From: Paecilomyces variotii
Lineage: Eukaryota
Assembly: GCA_004022145.1 (NCBI GenBank)
Contig: RCNU01000028.1
DNA length: 64,000 nt
Direction: 5' to 3' (one strand)
Shown in pieces: positions 40,112 through 54,249 of this stretch. The translations under genes were made by a program, and so were the position numbers. Within the stretch, counting starts at the first letter, position 1. Every line of letters starts with the position of its first letter. Below the pieces are notes generated by a model, which saw nothing but the letters and a program-made list of their open reading frames with translations, did no database searches and was not told where the DNA came from.

Positions 40112-41650
40112 GTAGCAGTTAGGTACTATTAAAGGCTTAACTAATTTATTTAATACTACTATTAATAGCTTATTTAATACTTTCTTTAGCCTTTAAAAAG
40201 TAATTAAAGCAACTAATCTTAGCTAACTAACTCTTATATTAATTAATATTAGACTTAAAAGTAAGAAATCTCTTAAAAAGCTTAAATAATCACTTAAGCT
40301 TAAGCTTAAACTTAAGCTAAAGAACTTCGCGAATGCCCCTAATGCTAATAGTAACTCTAAAGATAAAGACTTTAAGGATAAGAATAAGACTATAGAAGAT
40401 ATCTTGCAAGTATTTAAGTTTAAAGAGAAATTTAAGAAGAAGTCTAGTAAAGAATTTAAGGAAGAATTTAAATCTATAAATTAATCTTAATATAAATATT
40501 AATATAAACTTAAACTTAACTTTAAGGTAAATAAAAATATTAGTAATAGTGTAATAATAATAGCAATAAGGAAGTATACGGCGAAGGGTAAAGCTACTAT
40601 CTATAGCTAAGATTGCTGTATATAGCCTAGGATAAAAGCTATCTTACCTAGAGATATAGTATAAAGAAGGTATTATAGATAGCTCTTTCTATTTATTTTA
40701 TTAATACCCTAAATAATATAACTATAAATAGTAATAACTAGTTAATTAGTTTTACTAATTATTATTACTATCTGCTTATAATTAATACCTTATAAGTCTA
40801 TATATAGCTTTCTATTAGGTAAATTACTATAATAGTTTAAGAAATTAGTTTTATAAGTAAGACTAGGACGCGTATAGCGCGGCTTAAGGGCTTATACTAT
40901 AATAATAGAGTATATATAATCTTTTCTTAAATCTTCCTATATTTAGTTTTTATATTACTTTTAAATACTTTATAATTAAATATTAATAAATTAAAATAGT
41001 AAAGATTTAATAAATTAATAAACTTAAGTATTTTTATATAATAAAAAGATATATTAGCTATAATTATATATTAAAGAAAAGTCTCTTAAAAGTTCTTAAT
41101 AAAAAAATAAGAGACTAAATAATTATAGTATAATATAATATTTCTATAATAAAGACTAAATATTAATAATATATAAGTATATTATAAAAGACTTTCTTAG
41201 TATTATAGAATAAAATATTCTTTTTATAAAGTAATTTAAGACTTATTAATTTAATATAAGTTTCTTCTTTTATATATCTTAATATTTTTTATTAGAAAAA
41301 TATTATATTATTATTAATATTTCTTATAAATATATAGTAAAGTATAAGATTATATAATAATAAAAAGAATATATAACTATAGATTAATTAGTTTTTATAT
41401 TTATAATTTTATAGTATTATTTCTATATAGAGATTTTATCTTATTTATAAAGTTTATTATTTTAATATAAATATTTAATTTTAGTTTTTAAGATTATAAA
41501 TACTTTAAAAAATAATATAGTTTAAAACTAATTATTAAATATATTAGCGGTTTTATTAAACTATAAAATATATTAATAGTTTATATATATTAATTTTAAT
41601 AAAGAGTTTAATACTTATACTTTTAAAGAAAAAATAATTTAATTACTTTT
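40112..41650. other. Unclassified RIP-mutated repeat relic(s), host of the Copia insertion (continues after 53810)
   Basis: AT/TpA-rich, with an acidic-codon-like tract at ~40360-40480; no family motif recognised. Confidence 0.35.
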
Positions 41651-41920
41651 TATTATAAAATAATAGTTAAAACTAGTAAGTTCTAGTATAATAAAGATTT
41701 TATTTTAAGAAAATCTTTAAGAATAATTTTACTTTAATAAAATTAGGCAGCTTAGAGAAACTACTTCTTAAGCTTTATTTAAAATCTATTGCTTTAACTA
41801 AGAATATATAGATATACTTAGTATTTACTATATATATTAATACTCTTTTTCTCTAAATATTATTAGCCCTTTAAGTTAGTTAAATAGTCTAGGAAATTCT
41901 ATTTAAACCTATTCTTTTTA
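41651..41920 (+). repeat. Copia 5' LTR
   Basis: Direct repeat of 53541-53810. Confidence 0.88.
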
Positions 41921-44900
41921 ACTAATTATAAGCTTAAGTTTATAGTAACTTAAGAGAAATAGCTATATAATAAAAACTTTTTTATCTTAAATATTTAAGT
42001 TTAAACTAGTAATAATAAGCTATTTTTATATAAGAAGATTTATAATAAGATTACTCTAGTATTATATTAAGTATTAAATCTAATAGAAGTTAAATCTTAT
42101 TAAAGGTTAAAGTATTAACCTATTATTATTATATTCTTAATAGATAATATTAAAAATAAAAAAGGAAAACTTATTTTTATTCTTTTAAAGGAGAATTATA
42201 AGAAATAGTTTATTTATATAAAAAAATAGCTTATTAGTAAAGATTACTAAAGAGTTATTAAGTTTATTAAAAAGCTATATAATAATTAGTTTAATAAAGT
42301 TAATATAGCTATTTAATATTAGATTACTAAATATCTATTTAAAGATAATTAAAATAAATTTATTAACTCTAATAATATATATATATTATAAAAGGCTTTA
42401 TAAGCAAAATATATAGAAACTCTCCTTAGTTAAAAGCGTTAACTTATTTAGTTATTTATATATTTTTAAATAACTCTTAGATAAATAATCTTAAATACTT
42501 AAAGTTAATTATAATAAATAGAAAAGAGAATTATAATATTTAATAGTATAATATCTTTTTTAGCTAAGTCTAAGGCTAGAATATAATAACTGCTTTTAGT
42601 ACTATTTAAAGAGTATACTATAACTAGGGTAGTAATTAATATATATAAGAATTTAAAGATAGATAATATTTTAGCTATCTTAAAAGAAATAAAGACTTAA
42701 TTTTAAATAAAACTAACTATTATATTCTTAGTAAAAAATAGATAAATCCTTATTAAATACTATATTTATAAGGAAGATTATTATATTAAAGATTGCTTAT
42801 TTTTATCTATTACTTAAAAAAGCATAAGAAATAGCTAAAAATAAAGAAAAGAGTCTTTTAAGTAAATATCTAATAATTTTATTATCTGAGATAAAATAAT
42901 AATAGAGATAATTAATAAAATCTATAAAGAGGTTTAATTCTTAAAGAATAAGGGATTAAAGAATAAGAAGTATAAGGTATATAATATAGAAAAAACCTTA
43001 GATATTAAGAAAAGCTAATCTTAATTAAAATCCTTAGTCTTAGTTATTTTTAATAACTAAGTCTTATATAAGATTACTTACCTTTTAAAAGATATTATTA
43101 ATAAGAATTTAACTTAATAATATATAGATAATAATACTAGTTTATATATAATTAATAAAAATTACTATTTTAAAGAATTACTAATTTAAATTTAATAGAA
43201 GTATATTTATATAAGTAAAGAGACCCTATATTTAAAATATATAGAAATAACTATTTTAAGAGATAAGAATAAGAAAATATTAGACTTAAAAAATATATTA
43301 CTTATATTAAACCTTAGGGTAAATCTCTTATTAATTAAGATATTTTACTAGTAGTTAAATATATATAAATACTTTAATAAAAGAATAATATCTATATTAA
43401 ATAAGTTAAATAAGGTTATAATTTAAGGTATTATTAAATATAGAGTTTATATTATTAAGAGAGTTTTTTTAAACTAAATACTTAAGTTATAGTATATACT
43501 TATTATATTACTCCCTATTAAAAATATTCTTAATGCTATAATTATAGATTAAGAAGAAGAATTTTATTAAAATAAAATTAAGGAAAAAGAAGGATTTTAT
43601 TAAAATAAAATTAAGAAAAAGTATTAACTATAGTATAGAAGAATTAGCTATTTTAAACTTAAAAAGGTTAAAAACTTATATAACTTAACTATATTAAAGA
43701 AGCCTATTAAAATAGTAATAAACTATTAGTATATAATATATACTATAGCTAATATTAGAAATAAGAGAGAGACTATTAATATATAAAAGGCTAATATTCT
43801 TAAACTTATCTATATAAATATATGCAGTTAAGTATTAAAGTTTAAGAATAAATATATTTACTTTTTAATAGTTATAAATAATTTCTTAAAAAAAAAATAT
43901 AGATATTTTTAATAAGAGCTAAATTTAATATTGCTTTAATTTTAAATAAATAGAAAAAAGAGATTAAGATAGTAATAAGTCTTTAAATTCTTAGTATATA
44001 ATTAGATAATATACTAGAATTTAAGAATCTTTTTAAAATCTAGAAGAAATAGTTTAGTATTTATTATAAACTAATAGTTCTATATATATTAATATAGAAT
44101 AAAGTTATAAAATAAGTATATTAAACTATTAAAAAAGAAATAAGAGCTATACTTAAAGATTTAAACCTTTTAGTTAAATTATATAATAAAATAGCTTAAA
44201 CTAATATATATATTAAAAATAAAGTATTAAATAGACTAATAATTAATAGGGTTTAAATATCTCTAAAAAAAGCTTTTATTAAAGTTAAGCTATTAATTAA
44301 TTATTTAAAAGTATAGAAATATTAAGCAGTATTATATATAAACCTAGAATCTTTACTATAAGATATATAGAGGAATAAGTTAATAAATTAAGGTAGAATT
44401 TATATTTTTATAAGATATATTAAGAGAATAAATAAATAATAGAAAGTTTAGGCTCTAGATATAAAAAAGACTATTAAGACTTATTAAGCTAAGTTCTTTA
44501 AAAATAAACTAAGAAGAGATCTAGATCTTAAGATTCTCTAAAGATTATTACTAAATATAGTACTAATAAGAAACTTAAGAGATTAACTAGTAACTTAGCT
44601 TATTACCTTAAGTATATATATATATTCTTAAATAAAAAAGAGAATAATATTAATAATTAGGAGAAGAGTTATAAAGAAGTTTTAGCTTTTCTTTAAAAGG
44701 AAAATAAAGTTTTTTATTAAAAAGAAATTAAAATATTTTATTATAATAAAATTAAGGAATAAGAGAAAATATTTAATTATTCTTACTTTAATAACTTAAA
44801 TAATTATAAGAACTTATAGATAAACTCCCTATTTTAACTAAGTAAATAAGTTATATTTTATATAGAGATTCTCTAGCTAGTAAAGATCTCTTATATAGTA

Positions 44901-45996
44901 AAGTATAAGAGAGAGAAAGTTAAGTTACTAGATAATAAATAAAATACTAAGAAGTTATATTAAGCAATATTTATATTAAATCTCTTACCTCTAGATATTA
45001 ATATAGACTAAGAGAAGTATATAGAATAAGTATTAAATACTATAATAGTAATATATATAGTAAAGGAATATATTTTAATCTTAAACTTATATTATACTAT
45101 AATTAATAACTTTACTTAAAGTAAATTATAGTAGAATATATTTAAAGCTAAAATAAATATACTCTAAGTAAATAAAATTTTTAAAATAGTTATATTATTA
45201 CTAAAAGCTAATATTATAATTAACTATTAAGTATTAGCTATAAAATATAACCTAGATAATTCTCTTTAAAAGCTTAAGATATATCTTATTACTTAAGAGT
45301 TTACTTAGAAATATAGTATTAATTTTAAGTATACCTTTATTCTTATCTTATAATATAATATACTATAAGTATTCTTAGCTATTATTATAATAGAGAATTA
45401 TAAGTATTATACTATAAATATTAATAATACCTTTATAGAGTTAATATTAAAAGAGAAGATTTATATAATACTTTTATTAAGAATAAATATACTATTAAAA
45501 ATAATACTAAAAGTTTTTTAATCTCTATATAGTTTAAAATAAGCTATAAGAGATTAAAATTAAACTTATATAAAAATACTTTAAAAAATAAGTTTTATAT
45601 AAACTAATATTAATTTATACTTATTATAGCACTTAAAGAAAGAGATCTTACTCTTAATATATATTAATAATATCTTAATTAATATAAAATAAATAAAGAA
45701 TATTTATTAATTTAAATAAGAGTTTAAATTAATATATAAAATAAAGAATCTAGAAGAAATAAAGAAAATTCTTAGTATTTAAGTTATTTAAAATAAGAAG
45801 GATTAAATATTAATAATAGACTAATCTTATTATATTAAAGAACTCTTATTATAATATAGAATAAGTAAGAAAAAAATATATTTAGTTAATATCTTATTAA
45901 ATAAATATAACTCTTTAAAACTATTTAGTCCTTAAGATAAAAGAGTAAATTAGAGAAAGTATTAAAGAATTATTAATAGCTTAATTTACTTAATAA

Positions 45997-46491
45997 TAGA
46001 GTAGTTATATAGGCGGTTCGGTTCGGTTCAGGGGGGGGGTTAAACCGCCCGTAGCGGTTTTCGGTTCGGGGCAGATAAACCGTACCTGAACCGAACCGTA
46101 TACTAGTAGTTCGGTTTAAAACCAAAAAAACCGGATCGGCATAATTAGTTACTAACCTAAGTTAGATCCGGTTATATAACTATGCTCTAGCTATATTAGG
46201 ATAAATAAGCGAAAATTACAATACCGTAATTTACCGATTTCTAATATATTTTTATTATATATACTAAATACTATAGTAATTTTATACCTCCGATATAAGT
46301 ATCGATAAATTACATAGTGTAATTTAAATACGAGGTTAAAATTACGGTTCAAATGGTTTAAACCAAAAACTACCGGTTCGGTTCGGTTCTAGTAGACTCG
46401 CACCGCGGTTTACTAGGAAGCGAACCAAACCGAACTATGGGCGGTTCGGTTCGGTTCGGTTCGGTTTTTTCGGTTTACTATAACTACTCTA
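45997..46491. mobile_element. hAT-like non-autonomous element / MITE (495 bp)
   Basis: 13-bp perfect TIR TAGAGTAGTTATA, 8-bp TSD CTTAATAA (45989-45996, 46492-46499), and subterminal (CGGTT)n/(AACCG)n arrays. Confidence 0.85.
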
Positions 46492-47140
46492 CTTAATAAT
46501 TTTAATAAGACTAGATATTATATTTATAATAGGTAAATTAAGTTAATATTTATTAAATCTATTTAAAAAGTATTTTAAGATATTAAAGTCTTTTATAAAA
46601 TACTTATAATTAATTATATATCTTAGTCTTAAGTTTAATATAAACTAAGACTAATAATTTATTAAGTACTTAGACTTAGATAGGCATATACCTCGGCCTA
46701 GCTGGGGCCAAGCTTAGCCCATCCTAGGAGCTTAGCCCACCCTAGAGCTCATCCTTAGCTAGGTTGAGCTTAACCTACCTTATATATAGATTAAGTATAA
46801 GCTCAGTATAAGCCGATTATATAATTAATATAAGGTTAGCCTATTTAAGGATTAATAATAATATTTATATAATAAAACTCTTTAGAATTTATAATATATA
46901 TATATAATAGCTAATATAAAGCTAAATACTATTACTTTTTCCCTAAATACCTAAAAATAGCTAAAAACTAAGTAACTATAACTAATAGCTAAGTTAATAA
47001 TATTTTTAATTAATAGCTACATAATATTTCTGTCTAAGTATATTAATATAATTCTTATAGAGGCCTAGCAGATACTAAATATATACTTAGTATTTATTAT
47101 ATTTAAACTAGATACTAACTTATTATAAAGTAAACTTATA

Positions 47141-47332
47141 TAGAACTATAACCTTTATAAAGTATACCTAAACTAGTTTAAGAATATAATAAGTAATTAA
47201 AATAATGTCTATTCCTATATAAAAAGCGAAGATAAATAGAACTATAACCTTTATAAAGTATACCTAAACTAGTTTAAGAATATAATAAGTAATTAAAATA
47301 ATGTCTATTCCTATATAAAAAGCGAAGATAAA
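47141..47332. repeat. Perfect 96-bp tandem duplication
   Basis: 47141-47236 is identical to 47237-47332; single in copy 1. Confidence 0.9.
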
Positions 47333-50300
47333 AAATTTAAGATATATTCTAAATTTCCTCTTTATATAAGACTTAATTAAATATATTCTTTTTATATAAG
47401 TTTTAATAAGGCATATACTAAATATATCTAAGAGGCTATTTCTCTTATAGGTATTATTATTAGCCGCAGTAGTATCTCTAAGATTATAGTTAATAATATT
47501 TAGGATAAGTTATTTATTCTTAAATATCTAATAACTTATTTTAGTAATATCTTGCATTTTATCTATTAAAAGAATTTTTTACCTTATAATTATTCTAGTA
47601 TAAATATCTATTAAATATTTTAATAACTTTTATTAAAGGTATATCTATACCTTATCTTAAGCAGATGTTTAATATATTATAAGCATATGCTAAATATAGC
47701 TTAGATTTAGTTTGGGCTCTATACTTAAGGTAATTATAAAACCCTATCTCTCCTACTTCTTTAAAAGGATAAAAAAGATAAAATTTAAAGCAAGACATAC
47801 TATTAGGCATATAAATACAGCAGTATTAAATATTATAAGTATATGCTAGAGTATATATTTAAACAATGCTATAAATATAGCTATATTAAACTAAATATCT
47901 TTAAAACGCTTTATAAAGAAGCAGGCTATACATTTGATATTATTTCTGCTAGTAAATTTCTTAAAAGAAAAACTGAAAATTAGTATAATAAATTTCTTTA
48001 TTTTTAGAATTAATAATTAGCAGGGCATTATTTTTATCCAGAAAGTAAAATATAAATATGCTTAAATTAAACTCCGGTAATCTTTAAACAGTATAAAGTA
48101 AGTTTAACTCTATATTTGATTTTAGCATATGCTAAATATATTCTTAGCTACCAGTTACCTTTATCGGTTGCCTATTAATAAGTGATTTTAAACTATAGTA
48201 TATTGTATAAGCTATCTCTATATATATAGCTCAAATTTATATGCCTTATCTATATACCTTAGTAGCTTATAGGATATATAATACTAATACTCCTATTTAA
48301 TCTATTTATACCTATATTAACTATATTATTTTAAGGCGTATAACTTATAGTAGGTATTTGCTCTATATATACTAGGCATATACTAACTATAGGTCTAGGA
48401 TTTAACCACTCTTAAGGTATATCTAAAGTCCTATATAAAGAATATAATGCTTTAATTAATATTTTTATTCCTTATAATTAAGATTATTTTCCTTTTATCC
48501 TTCTTATTTATTAAGAAGATTATATATATTTTCCTCTATTACTAACTAAGTTAAGTTAAGATTTTGCTTAAGAACTTATAGATCTAATTAACTAAAGAGA
48601 TATTCTTACTATAATTATGCGTATATTATATATACCTTAAGCCTGCATTCTGCATATGCTAACCAGATACTTATAGATAAATTCTTAATATCTCCCGAAG
48701 TATATACATTTAAATAAAAGTATTAAAATTAAGCTCTAAATTTAATTAGAGCTTCTTTAAATATTAAGGATAAAATTGCTTATTTAATTTAAAAATAAAA
48801 ACTTCTATAATACCTATTTAGTTCAGATATTGCTAGTTAGAATCTATTCTTACTATATGTTTTATATATATTAATATTATATAGAGGTTATACAAGAGTA
48901 TAAGTTTAATCAACACAGAGAAAATAATAAATAATAGATTTGCGCAGTTAATATTAGTAAAACTAGAGAATATATTATTATTTATTATATAAATGCTTAA
49001 GTAAAAGCATTTATAAAAGCTAAATATCTTAAAATAGATTTAGCTTATAAGATAATACTTAAAAATATAAATGTCTTTTTAATCTTAAGCTAGAATTCTA
49101 AAGCTAGATATATATTTAACTTCTCCTTATTATATGTTTAGCATATACTGACTTTATATTAGGGATTAATACTTATTGCTATACTTTTATCTCTCTATAA
49201 ACTTATTATATATATTTTTAAATATTTAAATTACTATTTTAAATATTATTATAAGCTGCATATTAATATATTTAATAGGCATATATTTTAAATAAAGAAG
49301 GGATATAGACTGTTACTATAAATATATATAAGAAATAAGTACTTAGTTAGTATTATCTTAATAAATACAGAGTATATGCTAAATATATTTAGGCTTTAAT
49401 AACTACTTATATTCTATTTATCCTTCCCTTAACTGGTAAGAATATTTTAAGTATATACTTATCTTCTGCCAAATATATATTAAACACAATTTCTATAAGA
49501 AGTTTAAAAGATCTTATCCCTTTATCTATTAACTAAAATATCTATAGGATCTATATTCTTACTAAGAAATCCTTTAAACTATATACTAATAGGGTGAGGA
49601 ATATCTAAATATTAAAAAATAGCTTTAAAGTAAAATAAAACTATAGATTCTTACTGTATTATTATAGGAAACATTAAAAATCTCTTTTAAATAATAGAGT
49701 TATACTTAAAAGTATATTAGATTATCTGAAAGTAGTTACTTCTAAGATAATTATAATATAGGGAGAAACCTATCTTTACTGGGGGCTATTTAACGGTACA
49801 TCTATACTTAGCATATACTTAATATCTATCTAGCATAGATTAAATACTAATAAGGCTAATTTATATTTAGTCTACAATAATATATAGAAGATATTACTAA
49901 ATAACAAGAGCTTTTTAACTATAATATTAATAATATATAGCAAAACTATAGTAATATTATGCGGATCTCCTAATAGATACAAAAAAACAATAAGATAAAA
50001 GTTTAATATGCCTTTAAATATATGCTGAACATATCTTTTAGACTAATAGAATTAAAGAGCTATTAATTATTAAATGAATCAATCTTATTTACTATTTAAT
50101 CTTAATAATTCCTATAATATACCTTTAGATAATAGTAATAATCGATCTTCTGATAAAAATGCTAATTTTAAGGTTATTTTAATATCTTTATCTAAACCTT
50201 CTGCTAAACATATACTAGCTAAAGATAAAATATCTATAGAGCATATACTAAGCAGAGGTTGAAGAAGGGGTTAACCTAGAGGTTCTGGTCATTGTCAGAG

Positions 50301-50869
50301 CTAAGTTTAATCTAGGACTAAGTAGACTAAGCTAAGCTCTGAAGAATTAGACTCAGATTATATTTCTCAACGCAGATTAAGTGAAGAGCATATACTAAAC
50401 AGAGGTTAAAAAAGGGGTAGATCTAGAGGTTCTAGTTATATTTAAGGCTAGGTTCGATTTAATACTATCCTAATACCTAGAAGGGTTTAAACCTCTTTAT
50501 TAAATTTAGATAGCTCTGCTAGTTCTAATCTAAAGTATATATTAACTCTATATCCGGCATATATTATCTAGGAGTTAAGTATAGATTCTAGATAGAATAG
50601 AGCTTATATACGCTATAGCAGAGGACCCTTATTAGAAGAAATAGCAGAGACTAATTTTGCTATTTAATTAAGAGAAATAATAGAATAAAGGCAATAAGAA
50701 TTTAAGTAAGAAAGAGAAGGATTATTACAGTAGTTTATATAATAAATATATATATCTATATAGCTATAGTTATATAGTAAATATATATATATATTTCCTT
50801 TTCCCCTATAATAAGAATAAATAAAAAATAAAGAATATTGTATTATAATTATTTAAAGATACAGAAAAA

Positions 50870-52620
50870 CAGTCTTTAAGTATAAGAACTTAGCATTGAA
50901 CTGAAGTTCGGTATTAACAATCTTTAAGTATAAGAGCTTAGTATTAAACTAAAGTTCAGCATCGAGCATATGCTCGGGGGAGAGCTAGGCTTAAATATTT
51001 ATATATTTAAGGCCTCTGAAAACTTATCCTTAGAAGAGGAGATTATAACTTATAGATATAAACTCAGCATATACTCTGCGTATAAAAGAGAAGAACTTAT
51101 TAATAAACTTAGCACTGCAGCTATTAATACTATAAGGATATCTATAGCTACAATTATAAGCACAATTATACTTTAATTTAGTTGGTATTTCTTTATCGGC
51201 AGTATATCTACTTATATATTTATTATAAGATATAAACCATCCGCGCTTTAATAGAGTTAAGGCAAGACCTATATTATAACCTAGTTCAGCATATGCGCAA
51301 GATAAATTAGAAGGCTACTTACTATTATTTCTATCATTATTATCTTGCGGCAATAGGATATTTCTAGTCTATATAAGGTTAGTATATATATAACGCAGGC
51401 AGGGGTATATTTACTGTGCGCTTATAAGATAAGGTTAATAAAGATATAGGATGCTAGAACAAAGGCCAAGATTAGTTAAAGTTAATATTGGGCATATGCT
51501 GAATATATCTAAAAAGCCTGCTGAGAGTTATAAGTTATATATAAATAGTAATATAAATGGCAATATAAATGGCAAAGAAGATAGTATATAGATCCTATTT
51601 ATATATTAGCATATGCTAAACTTATTCTCCGATAAAACTAGCTTTTATAGCTGTTTCTGAACTCATTATTAGTGCAAGCTACTTTTTTACAGGATGTAGC
51701 AATACTCTTAATTAGCATGCTTCCTATATTAGAAGAAATATTAGCTTAATATAAGCTCTATATATGCCTAAGACTTACTATAGTTTATAAATAAAGTCGG
51801 CGTCTTGCTATTTGCTAAGTAAAACATATTTAATTAGTATACTGTATATTATTAGCATAGCTCTAGTATATATAGAACAGATCCTAAACTTACTATAGCC
51901 TAATTATCTTCTTATCTATAATTATATTATTAGTCTCTATATTGCGGTTTAATGCTACAGCAGATTAGTATATATTTAATATATATTAAGGATAATAACA
52001 TACTCGCCCCTAAGTATATAGTCCTTATATAGTGTTGTAACTTTAACTGTCAGCATATTATATATATATAGAACTTATATTAGACTTACAGCAGGCTATA
52101 AATTAATAATCTTACTATATATAAGCAGGCTATCTGCGTTTACTTATACTCAGCAACTATAGAAGCTCAGTATATGCTTGGTTAATTTTAAAGAAAGGAC
52201 TTATATATTCCTGTTTATGCTTAAGATAAAAGACCTAAGGATCAGCATGCGGGCATTTTCCTCAGCGGTAATTGCAGGCACTATCTATATTTAGTATGCT
52301 TTCAGCATATGTGCAATATCTGCTTACTAGATTTCTTATTTTCCTGCTTAGCTGTAGTGTGCGAGTCTAGGATCTATATTAGATTTAGGTTAAGAACTGG
52401 GCCTATTTTTATTTAGCATATGCTTAATATTAAGCAGAGATGTACTTACTATAATAATACCTGTAGTTTGTTGGATTACCTGCTAATAAAACTACATTGC
52501 AGGTAAGGAGTTCCTTTAAATATAGCAGTATTTTTGTGGTTGTACAGCAGTAATATAAGAGGGTGGACTGTAATACTATAGAGGCAGAGTGAAGGTGTTA
52601 TTAGGGAGGTTGAAGATAAT
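50870..52620 (+). pseudogene. Relic ORF-L of TIR element copy 2 (unknown product; boundaries approximate)
   Basis: ORF-track fragment 50970-51176, plus a downstream frame with RIP-type stops (e.g. YWAYAEYI at ~51486). Confidence 0.45.
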
Positions 52621-53540
52621 ATAAATAATGTGAACTTCTATGCGATAGGATTCTAACGTCGCTTCAGCATATGCTTAATAACCGCCTTTACATATACCGC
52701 CTTAGTAAACTGCGCAGAATAATATCAGTTTTAGCTCCCTATATATATCCCAGCGTTGCTCTGACCTATGCTTAGCATATGCTGCAATACGGCACAGAGC
52801 ATATGCTATATACAGTTCCTGACAAATATAGTTTATTGCAATATAATATGAAAACTTTATTATGAGTTATATAAGCTATATATATGCTAAGCCCACCCAA
52901 ACGCTATACTGAAACTAACTTAGTATCTGAGCTAAACCTAGATTTTTCTTAGGTGGGCTGAGCTTTTCAAGTAGGCTAAGCTTAGCCCCGGCTGGGCCGA
53001 GCTATATCCCGGACTTAGATTATATAATAGATAAGATTAATTAGATATTAATCTTAGAGAATATTTTTACTTTAACTAAAAGCTTAATAAGCTAATTAAA
53101 TAAAAAATAAAAGTTTATTATAATTTTAACTATAAAGGCTAAATATATAGCTATATATTAAGCTATAAAGTAGTCTTAATAATTAGCCCTTCTTTTAAGA
53201 GATATAAGATATAAATACTATATTAGTCTAAATAAATTTAAGCTAATAATAAGAGAAAAATAAGCTTTTATTATTAATTCTCTAGTTAAAATCTATAGAG
53301 ATAACTAAGTATTATTATTACTAATTAAAGATACCTATATTTATAAAAGGTTAAAGTATATTAATATTATATATTACTATATATATAACTTATATTAAAA
53401 GAATAAAATTAATATTAAGTTTATTAGAATATAGAATATAATAGTAAATAATTTTACTAAACTACTATTAAAAACAGACTTCTTAAAATTTTTAAGTTAA
53501 CTAAGATTAACTAACTTAATAAGTATAAATTAAGGAGAAG

Positions 53541-53810
53541 TATTATAAAATAGTAATTAAGACTAATAAATTCTAATATAATAAAGATTTTATTTTAAGA
53601 AAATCTTTAAGAATAATTTTACTTTAATAAAATTAAGCAGCTTTAAAAAACTATTTCTTAAGCTTTATTTAAAATCTATTGCCCTAACTAAGAATATATA
53701 AATATACTTAATATCTACTATATGTGCTAATACTTTTTCTCCCTAATTATTATTAGCCCTTTAAGTTAATTAAATAGTCTAGGGAATTTTATTTAAATCT
53801 ATTCTTTTTA
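53541..53810 (+). repeat. Copia 3' LTR
   Basis: Direct repeat of 41651-41920, preceded by a purine tract. Confidence 0.88.
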
Positions 53811-54249
53811 ACTTTTTTTAATTAAAAAGATTAAGTTAAAGTTTTAATTATAAAATAATATTATTATTAATAATATTAAATAATTAAAATTATTAGTAAA
53901 ATAAAGTATTATTTAAAGAGACTATATTATTATACTTCTTATAGAGATAATAATAGTTAAAAAGAATAGAGAATAAAATAACTTTTTATACTAGCTTTAA
54001 AAGAAAGTATAACTTAAAATAAGAATAAAGTATAAGAAATAGAACTAATACTAATATATCTTTATAATATAATTAGTTAATTATATTAAGTTAGTTAAGT
54101 TCTTCTCTTAAGCTAATATACTTACTATAAGAATTCTTCTATTAAGCTAACTATTTTCTATAACTATATATATAATTATTTTAGACTTTTTTATAAGAGA
54201 ACTTCTTATATATTCTCTTTATAAACTGCTAGTTTTAACTGCTATATTA

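Larger units (their letters stand above)
46681..53011 (-). mobile_element. Unclassified TIR DNA transposon, copy 2 (6,331 bp, inverted relative to copy 1)
   Basis: Same TIR pair; 8-bp TSD GACTTAGA (46673-46680, 53012-53019); inserted in the Copia RNase H SDSD codons. Confidence 0.9.
41651..53810 (+). mobile_element. Ty1/Copia LTR retrotransposon (~5.3 kb once two nested insertions are removed), heavily RIP-mutated
   Basis: 270-bp LTRs with ACTTTT on both flanks; PBS relic TAATTATAAGC (from TGGTTATGAGC) at 41923; PPT AAGGAGAAG before 53541. Relics of a CCHC knuckle (~42755), protease (~43121), integrase (~43805, ~44002), RT, and RNase H (SDSD, KHID) occur in Copia order. Confidence 0.85.

Noticed and set aside
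37680-46680. Possible inversion, or one composite element bounded by the two inverted TIR copies
   Set aside because: Each copy has its own matched 8-bp TSD, and both host elements are colinear across the insertions.
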